DNA of 19,882 nucleotides from a bacterium (GTDB lineage: Bacteria; SZUA-182; DTGQ01; JAFGSM01), in assembly GCA_049472335.1 (NCBI GenBank), contig JBLIRO010000083.1, positions 1 through 19,882 of the forward strand, written 5' to 3'. Made by a program: the position numbers and the translations under genes. Position 1 is the stretch's first letter. Each line of letters opens with the position of its first letter. Positions 1-6,054 of this stretch are shown here, piece after piece. The notes below the pieces were generated by a model. The model ran no database searches, was not told the DNA's origin, and was given only the letters and a program-made list of their open reading frames with translations.

Positions 1-852
1 GCTGACCGCCACGGCACATGCCTTGGCCATATACCAATCCGGCTTGTCAGCATCATCAATGGTGTCAAAATTTTCCAAAGCTGCCTTTACCGCCTCATCC
101 AGGTTCACCCATACAGCATGCCATGAACCATCCAGCATGCCTCGGCCTATGGCTACAGTGACCTGTAATTGTCCGGCTTCATTGTAACCAGAAACACCAG
201 CGGTTATACCATACATGCCGTCGGTGCTGTTGACGGGTCCCAGGAAGGCCCCGGCAGGCGGCTGTAAAGGTACAATATTGACGCTGATGGCCCTGTCGCC
301 GCTTTCATCCTCTCCAATTACAGCAAGATTAAAGATGTCCCAGGGCTCGATACCCAGAGGGGCCCTAAAATCAAAACTGATAGTCGGGTTTGTCTCCATG
401 CTTATGCAAGCCTCAGCCTCTGAATTGGCAGCGCTCGGGGGTGTAATAAGGCTGTGGAATATCTGATGTCTCTCATAGGGGGTGCTGAGCAAAAATACAG
501 AGGGCGGACGATACACATCAAGTACCCTGCTTCCCTCCTGAAGATCCAGGACCGTATTGAATATCGTGGCATAGCCTATGCCAAATCCATAGACCGGATA
601 TGCAGGCTCTTGCTGCATCCACCCATGATTGTATGGGCTGTCCCAATACTCAAAGTTGTCGACAAGGATGTCCCCTTCTCCGTTAAAGGGATCTTCCCAT
701 GTCGGCACCTGAAGCGGTTGACTTTGAAATGACGGTAAATCCCAAAGCGGTGGGAAACCGTAACCCACCTGTGCAATGGCCGCTGATCTGACCATCACAA
801 ATGTCAGGGTCACAATCAAACAAACCATCAAGGTTTTCATTGTATTCTTCAT
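1..852 (-). CDS. Large secreted protein, paralog of 1856..4177 (N-terminal 284 codons; runs off the window edge; not in the ORF track)
   Basis: ATG at 852 has GAGGTG 7 nt upstream, and the frame is open to position 1: MKNTMKTLMVCLIVTLTFVMVRSAAIAQVGYGFPPLWDLPSF...KPDWYMAKACAVAVS. It is colinear with 3326..4177, with 24 differences in 284 aa by manual count. Confidence 0.95.
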   Translation of the reverse strand, partial: MKNTMKTLMVCLIVTLTFVMVRSAAIAQVGYGFPPLWDLPSFQSQPLQVPTWEDPFNGEGDILVDNFEYWDSPYNHGWMQQEPAYPVYGFGIGYATIFNTVLDLQEGSRVLDVYRPPSVFLLSTPYERHQIFHSLITPPSAANSEAEACISMETNPTISFDFRAPLGIEPWDIFNLAVIGEDESGDRAISVNIVPLQPPAGAFLGPVNSTDGMYGITAGVSGYNEAGQLQVTVAIGRGMLDGSWHAVWVNLDEAVKAALENFDTIDDADKPDWYMAKACAVAVS

Positions 853-890
853 ATCTATACACCTCGCTTTTTAAAAATATTCGTTAATCG

Positions 891-1283
891 TTATTGTAAA
901 AGTACCCAGCTCAGATAGAAATCAGGTGAACCGTATGCGTAGGTCGGATAGTCAAACCTTGCATATGGAATCGGAGTGCCCGGCAAGGTTGTATAGGGAA
1001 ACGTAGTCTGATATGGGGACCCGAAATACGGCCATGTGGGAATACCTAATGAATTGTATGTATAAGCCACACTAGGGGTCAAGAACGGTGTGAAAGGAGC
1101 ATAACCGAGCAGGTACCCATTGATCGAGTTAAAATAACCGTACCCGGAATAGTACAACGGATTCGTGTAATAATACGATGTGGGGAAAATCTGGGCCTGT
1201 GCCATAGGGCCGGATAACAGAACAAGACCGATTGCAAAAACACAAGCGATCACCCACACTTTCAAAAACCTTAAATTACCCAT
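891..1283 (-). CDS. Small Tyr/Pro-rich secreted protein (130 aa), copy A
   Basis: Start moved from 1313 to the ATG at 1283 (MGNLRFLKV...), which has GGAGAG upstream and gives the same length as paralog 4216..4608. Sec-type signal peptide ends AQA|Q. The mature region differs from the paralog by 13 synonymous and 1 non-synonymous change, which supports coding. Confidence 0.92.
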   Translation of the reverse strand: MGNLRFLKVWVIACVFAIGLVLLSGPMAQAQIFPTSYYYTNPLYYSGYGYFNSINGYLLGYAPFTPFLTPSVAYTYNSLGIPTWPYFGSPYQTTFPYTTLPGTPIPYARFDYPTYAYGSPDFYLSWVLLQ

Positions 1284-1350
1284 AATTTCTCTCCATGTCT
1301 CATAGATTACCAAAAAGATTTAACAATTGTTTCTTTAATTTCTAAAATAT

Positions 1351-1438
1351 CACCTCCAAATTTTAGATTCTCAGGTACTCATGTATCCTATGAACTTACA
1401 AACTGTTTCTATAATTCTATATGTGATTTATCACCTCC
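1351..1438 (-). promoter_or_regulatory. Pair of orphan Shine-Dalgarno-like motifs (GGAGGTG x2) in the putative 5' leader
   Basis: GGAGGTG at 1438..1432 and 1357..1351, neither followed by a properly spaced ATG. A regulatory role is inferred. Confidence 0.5.
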
Positions 1439-1650
1439 TGAAATTGAAAGATATTGTATATTTATATATACCATTCTTCTAGAAGTTTAAATAAAATTTT
1501 AAAATTTTAAAATTATTTTTGATATAGAAATTAAATCTTAGATGCTTTTTGTATATGCATTATTTAATTAATGATTTTTATATTTTTTAATTGACTGTAG
1601 TTTTTTGAATAAAATTATAAGAAATAATAATTGATACTTTACGAATAAGT

Positions 1651-1679
1651 ATTTTAAACAAAATATAATATATTGTCAA
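1651..1679 (-). promoter_or_regulatory. Putative sigma70 promoter for cassette copy A
   Basis: TTGACA (1679..1674) - 17 nt - TAAAAT (1656..1651), just downstream of the terminator of the preceding cassette. Confidence 0.6.
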
Positions 1680-1793
1680 GTATAAAATTTAAAAAAATGT
1701 ATAAAATTTAAAAATTTAGAAATAGTTTCTAATTATTATATGTTTTTAAAAATTCAGATGGATTTTAGTATTGGTATGTTAAGAAATTTTCGT

Positions 1794-1832
1794 AAAAAAA
1801 AGAGGGCAGCGGTAAATCCGCTGCCCTCTTTT
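1794..1832 (-). terminator. Rho-independent terminator after the 773-aa gene
   Basis: Perfect stem AAAAGAGGGCAGCGG / CCGCTGCCCTCTTTT with a 5-nt loop and a T8 run on the minus strand, 23 nt after the stop at 1856. Confidence 0.93.
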
Positions 1833-1855
1833 GGGTTATCACAGGTGAATGATAA

Positions 1856-4177
1856 TTAATAACTCCACCATGGTTTCACGTCGAGGAAGAATGTCATTAT
1901 AGAATATCCGCCTCTGATGTCGTAAAATACTATTTCCACCATATAGGAACCAGGGAAGTTGCTCTGGAATCTCCAAATAAAAGCGCCATCAGATGAACGT
2001 CCACAGGAGCCTATGTTGCACGATGCATATATTTGATCACCGTCAGGATCTTCTACTGCCAGGTCCGGATGATGAAGTATGAACTCTTCTCCGGCCTTTA
2101 TAACTACCGGCTGAACCGGCCTGCTCAAGATGATCGGAGGATGATTCAACCATGTGCCCTGGTTCACAGCGAAGATGGTGATTTCACCAAATGCAGTGCC
2201 GCCGCGGGCATCGCTGCCTGTAATAACAGCGTCATAGGCGCCTTCGAACTTCGGCACCCAACTGATCAAACCAGTGCAAGGATCGATGATTGTTTCAATC
2301 CACGGACCATACTGATAGGCAGTCATACCATTGATCGTCATGCCCCAGACAAGGTCATCCATATCGGTCCTGAAAGCCTGAGAAATTGGGAATCCAGGTA
2401 CATGCGTGGTCGCTGGAGAAGGTGACATGGAGAAGATGAAGCAGTCAGGATCGATGAAGTTTACCAGATAAGCATTCGCCTGGCCCACATAGAAGATCTG
2501 ATCTTCGATGTTCAACTGCAGTACTGGCGGATAGTTTTCCACCGGATAGTTGACCACGCTTATGGGGAATGTCCTTACATCGGAATGTACCCCGTTGGTT
2601 ACCTCAAGGGTAAGGATCAGGTCTTCAAAATACTGTGGTGTATAATCAAATGCAGCGATATTCGGCCAAACGGTGACACCGGCGTTCCACAAAGCGCCTT
2701 CGAGCAGGAAGACAAGCCCCGGCTGATAATATGGTTTACCAAGTGTCAAAACCGCATTCACGGCATTATAGTATGCCGGCAGATAAGTCGGCATACCGTC
2801 ATATGGGTAAACCGGCAGAGGCTGCAACAGGAATGCCTGTATCCCGTTGGCACCGTATCCGCCAACTGTGGAATTCCAACCCAAGGTACCGGAATCGATT
2901 ATCGTTTCCGCTAAAGCACCGCCTACCCTCAGATTTGGATCGGCAAAAATAGGCAGACTGAGATCAACAACGAAATCTCTCCCAAACAATTCTTCAAGAT
3001 TAGGATCTGCCTCTTCACCAAATTTGTTGGGATCGGCGCCTAAATCCGTCCAGTATTTCACTACCGGATCATTAGGATCATTCGGGTCCTGAACAAGCAG
3101 GAAGTTGGCAGGATTGAGCATCAAATCGGAAACCCGAGTAATTTCCTGCTCATTTTCGCCAACGGTTACTGTCATATCAACGCCTGAGTAATCGGCAATA
3201 AACAGATACCTGTAAGGTTCGAATATCTGAGCGTACAGCGGACCCATTTCAAAAAGATCCGGAGCGTCAAGATAATCGTGGAAGGTTGCCCTGAACATAA
3301 GGTTGTCCAGACGGAACATCTGGCCGCTGACCGCCACAGCGCAGGCCTTGGCCATATGCCAATCCGGTTTGTCTGCATCATCAATGGTGTCAAAAACCTC
3401 AAGAGCAGCCTTTACAGCCTCATCAATATTGACATACACAGCATGCCAAGAACCGTCCAGCATGCCACGACCGATAGCTACAGTGACCTGTAATTGTCCG
3501 GCTTCATTGTAACCTGTAACACCAGCGGCCAAACCATACATACCACTGGTGCTGTTGACGGGTCCAAGGTAGGTCCCGGCATTAGGCTGAATAGGAACAA
3601 TATTTACACTGATAGCCTTGTCGCCGCTTTCGTCTTCTCCGATGACAACCATATTAAAAATATCCCAGGGCTCGATGCCCAGAGGCGCCCTGAAATCGAA
3701 ACTGATGGTCGGGTTTGTTTCCATGAGTATGCATGCCTCAGCCTCTGTATTGGAAGCGCTCGGGGGTGTAATAAGGCTGTGGAACACTTGATGCTTCTCA
3801 TAGGGTGTGCTGAGCAAAAATATAGAGGGCGGACGATACACATCAAGCACCCTGCTTCCTTCTTGAAGATCCAGGACCGTATTGAATATTGTGGCATAGC
3901 CTATGCCAAATCCATATACCGGATAGGCAGGCTCTTGCTGCATCCACCCATGATTGTATGGGCTGTCCCAATACTCAAAGTTGTCAACAAGGATGTCCCC
4001 TTCTCCATTATAGGGGTCTTGCCAGGTCGGCACCTGGAGCGGCTGACTTTGAAAGGAAGGTAACTGCCAAAGTGGTGGAAAACCGTAACCCACCTGTGCA
4101 ATGGCCGCTGATCTGACCATCACAAATGTCAGGGTCACAATCAAACAAACCATTAAGGTTTTCATTGTATTCTTCAT
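1856..4177 (-). CDS. Large secreted protein (773 aa) with two C-terminal cadherin/He_PIG-like Ig domains; putative surface or structural protein
   Basis: Signal peptide ends AIA|Q, SD is GAGGTG, and a terminator follows. C-terminal repeats NYPPVL...FIDPD...GLISWVPKFEGAYDAVITGSDARGG and NHPPII...VEDPDGD...FIWRF...GSYMVEIVFYDIRGG resemble cadherin-like/putative Ig domains. The N-terminal ~540 aa were not recognised. Confidence 0.9.
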   Translation of the reverse strand: MKNTMKTLMVCLIVTLTFVMVRSAAIAQVGYGFPPLWQLPSFQSQPLQVPTWQDPYNGEGDILVDNFEYWDSPYNHGWMQQEPAYPVYGFGIGYATIFNTVLDLQEGSRVLDVYRPPSIFLLSTPYEKHQVFHSLITPPSASNTEAEACILMETNPTISFDFRAPLGIEPWDIFNMVVIGEDESGDKAISVNIVPIQPNAGTYLGPVNSTSGMYGLAAGVTGYNEAGQLQVTVAIGRGMLDGSWHAVYVNIDEAVKAALEVFDTIDDADKPDWHMAKACAVAVSGQMFRLDNLMFRATFHDYLDAPDLFEMGPLYAQIFEPYRYLFIADYSGVDMTVTVGENEQEITRVSDLMLNPANFLLVQDPNDPNDPVVKYWTDLGADPNKFGEEADPNLEELFGRDFVVDLSLPIFADPNLRVGGALAETIIDSGTLGWNSTVGGYGANGIQAFLLQPLPVYPYDGMPTYLPAYYNAVNAVLTLGKPYYQPGLVFLLEGALWNAGVTVWPNIAAFDYTPQYFEDLILTLEVTNGVHSDVRTFPISVVNYPVENYPPVLQLNIEDQIFYVGQANAYLVNFIDPDCFIFSMSPSPATTHVPGFPISQAFRTDMDDLVWGMTINGMTAYQYGPWIETIIDPCTGLISWVPKFEGAYDAVITGSDARGGTAFGEITIFAVNQGTWLNHPPIILSRPVQPVVIKAGEEFILHHPDLAVEDPDGDQIYASCNIGSCGRSSDGAFIWRFQSNFPGSYMVEIVFYDIRGGYSIMTFFLDVKPWWSY

Positions 4178-4608
4178 ATCTATACACCTCGCTTTTTAAA
4201 AATATTCGTTAATCATTATTGTAAAAGTACCCAGCTCAGATAGAAATCAGGTGAACCGTATGCGTAGGTCGGATAGTCAAACCTTGCATATGGAATCGGA
4301 GTGCCCGGCAGGGTCGTATAGGGAAACGTTGTTTGATACGGAGACCCGAAATACGGCCATGTGGGTATACCTAATGAATTGTATGCATAAGCCACACTAG
4401 GGGTCAGGAACGGTGTAAAAGGAGCATAACCGAGCAGGTACCCATTGATCGAGTTAAAATAACCATATCCGGAATAGTACAACGGATTCGTGTAATAATA
4501 CGATGTGGGAAATATCTGGGCCTGTGCCATCGGGCCGAATATTAATACAACCCCGATTGCCAGGACAACAGCTATAATTCCCACTTTTAGAAATCTAGAA
4601 ATATCCAT
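3326..4608. repeat. Tandem duplication copy B
   Basis: Matches 1..1283 at offset 3325. Continuous similarity stops at the small-gene start codon. Confidence 0.97.
4216..4608 (-). CDS. Small Tyr/Pro-rich secreted protein (130 aa), copy B
   Basis: AGGAG SD, 30-aa signal peptide ending AQA|Q, and a 100-aa mature region with 19 Tyr, 14 Pro, 8 Phe and 2 Trp. It lies 38 nt upstream of the large gene (operon-like). Confidence 0.92.
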   Translation of the reverse strand: MDISRFLKVGIIAVVLAIGVVLIFGPMAQAQIFPTSYYYTNPLYYSGYGYFNSINGYLLGYAPFTPFLTPSVAYAYNSLGIPTWPYFGSPYQTTFPYTTLPGTPIPYARFDYPTYAYGSPDFYLSWVLLQ

Positions 4609-4709
4609 AACAATTCTCCTTCATTATTTCTTCTTAAAAATATCTCAAAATAAGAACTTAAAAACTAAAAATTTTGAGCAATTACAGAGCGTAATGCCCT
4701 GTTTCTAAT

Positions 4710-4797
4710 CACCTCCAATCTCTAATAAATTTTTCTGGTCTGTCAAAAATAAAATACAGACCAATTTCAAGGCTACAATTCTAGCAGATACACCCCC
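4710..4797 (-). promoter_or_regulatory. Pair of orphan SD-like motifs (GGGGGTG, GGAGGTG) with intervening hairpin in the putative 5' leader
   Basis: GGGGGTG at 4797..4791 and GGAGGTG at 4716..4710, with the inverted repeat TGGTCTGT-N12-ACAGACCA at 4736..4763 between them. Confidence 0.5.
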
Positions 4798-5073
4798 TTT
4801 AACAGGTTAATAAATTGATTAATAAAAGCTACAAAAAAACAAAATAAAATTTTTAGAAAATGATCAATTCTTAAAAATGAATTCTTTTTTTTAGTTTATA
4901 AAGATATAGACGTTTCATAATGAATTTATATTACACTTTAAAATTAAATTTTTAAATTTAAATTACAAATTAAATTGTAAAATTGTTATATTATTTTAGT
5001 TTTTTTTTACAAAAAAATAGACGAATAAAGTCGCGATTACATTACACCATTATTTTTATAAAATTACAAATAA

Positions 5074-5102
5074 ATTATAACACCTTAGTTGCCTAAAAGC
5101 AA
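5074..5102 (-). promoter_or_regulatory. Putative sigma70 promoter for cassette copy B
   Basis: TTGCTT - 17 nt - TATAAT with extended -10 (TGtTATAAT). The AT-rich background raises the chance-match rate. Confidence 0.45.
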
Positions 5103-5133
5103 GTTTTTTCAATTATAGGTAATTCCATTTCAA

Positions 5134-5214
5134 TACACAAGTGGGATTAGGTTTTTATTATAAGGTTTTTGCTTAATATTAATTAAATTTTAAAAACCCG
5201 ACCCCATTTGTGTA
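5134..5214. repeat. 24-bp imperfect inverted repeat (20/24) with 33-nt spacer
   Basis: TACACAAGTGGGATTAGGTTTTTA (5134..5157) and TAAAAACCCGACCCCATTTGTGTA (5191..5214), 17 nt beyond the stop of the 5232 gene. Confidence 0.8.
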
Positions 5215-5231
5215 ATTATTTTATATTATTT

Positions 5232-5777
5232 TTAATAATTATTCAGAAGAGGACCATGTAAAACCGGACTAAACTGTAAAACCTGTCTTGCGTAATAATT
5301 CACAGGAGAAGTGAATGATGATTGTCCTCCGATATTTTTATACATTGTCTGGTTTGCCGTTGAATATAATGAGCTGTCCATAAACAATGTACGATTAAAG
5401 TTTACTCCGGCATGGGTGTGAGCACTAAAATAAGTACCGTATATTTTTAAAGAATTTCCATCCGAACTGACTTTATAGACAGTATTTCCGAATGCCGGTT
5501 GAATTGCCCAATCATTTATTTTCAATGTTGGTATATTTATATCTCTTCCGAAATATTGATTGTTTGACCATGTATAACTATTTGTAGAGGGGATGTTGTA
5601 AAAATATGAAGGTGACAGGGCTTGTGTTGAATATTCGGAATAATTATTATAATTGTAATCATAATAATAAGGTACCGAATATTGGGCGTTTACAGGTAAA
5701 TTAACATATAAATATTCGAAGAAAAAAATACAAACAAATAAAAATAATAAAAATATTCTGTTTTTTTTAATTTTCAT
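5232..5777 (-). CDS. Tyr/Asn/Ser-rich secreted hypothetical protein (181 aa)
   Basis: The ATG at 5777 (MKIKKNRIFLLFLF...) is preferred over 5846 because it has GGAG upstream and begins a basic + hydrophobic signal peptide ending VNA|Q. The mature N-terminus is QYSVPYYYDYNYNNY. Confidence 0.78.
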   Translation of the reverse strand: MKIKKNRIFLLFLFVCIFFFEYLYVNLPVNAQYSVPYYYDYNYNNYSEYSTQALSPSYFYNIPSTNSYTWSNNQYFGRDINIPTLKINDWAIQPAFGNTVYKVSSDGNSLKIYGTYFSAHTHAGVNFNRTLFMDSSLYSTANQTMYKNIGGQSSFTSPVNYYARQVLQFSPVLHGPLLNNY

Positions 5778-5887
5778 TTTTGCTACTCCATTATTAATAA
5801 AAATTTCTGGATAAAAATTCACCGGATAATAAAACAAAATAGTCATTTAATGAAAAAGCGCCCTCCTCCTTCCCTTTTTATACTAAA

Positions 5888-5917
5888 ATTATACCTATTT
5901 ACAATTTGTTTTGTCAA
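5888..5917 (-). promoter_or_regulatory. Putative sigma70 promoter for the 5232..5777 gene
   Basis: Consensus TTGACA (5917..5912) - 18 nt - TATAAT (5893..5888). The -35 lies within the palindrome TTGTCAA-TT-TTGACAA (5911..5926). Confidence 0.6.
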
Positions 5918-5953
5918 TTTTGACAAGATCGTAATTTGATAAAATCATATGCT

Positions 5954-5982
5954 TTGCATTTTCTTTTATTAAATTTTATAAT
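5954..5982 (+). promoter_or_regulatory. Putative sigma70 promoter for the helicase gene
   Basis: TTGCAT - 17 nt - TATAAT, about 70 nt upstream of ATG 6055. Confidence 0.55.
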
Positions 5983-6054
5983 CAAAATAATAACAGCTAA
6001 TAATTATAAATATTTAAGTTTAGTGAAAATTATCAATTGCAGTAGTAAAAAAAC

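Larger units (their letters stand above)
1..1283. repeat. Tandem duplication copy A (small gene plus 5' part of large gene)
   Basis: Aligns without net indels to 3326..4608 at a constant offset of 3325 (1/3326, 852/4177, 891/4216, 1283/4608). Confidence 0.97.

Noticed and set aside
215..776. ORF-track entries 215..466, 454..732 and 576..776
   Set aside because: Antisense or alternate-frame shadows of the real minus-strand gene 1..852. Their resemblance to ORFs at 3494..4116 only reflects the duplication, and their boundaries are not conserved between copies.
1..1283. Duplication as an assembly artefact
   Set aside because: The copies differ by many codon-aware substitutions and have different upstream regions, which a mis-assembly of one locus would not produce.
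1284..1313. ORF-track N-terminal extension of the small gene (start 1313)
   Set aside because: It is absent from the paralog. ATG 1283 has an SD and gives an identical length and a proper signal peptide.
1440..1790. AT-rich stretch as a CRISPR array or replication origin
   Set aside because: There is no repeat-spacer periodicity and no DnaA-box cluster. It is low-complexity A/T runs with promoter-like elements.
2033..4116. Numerous 66-189 aa ORFs overlapping the 773-aa gene
   Set aside because: They are nested within a well-supported CDS and show no recognisable motifs.
1..4608. Diversity-generating retroelement (template/variable repeat) explanation of the duplication
   Set aside because: Differences are mostly synonymous and involve all four bases rather than adenines only, the repeat spans whole genes, and no reverse transcriptase is in the window.
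5080..5096. sigma54 -24/-12 promoter (minus strand TAGGCAACTAAGGTGT)
   Set aside because: It lacks the invariant GC at -12.
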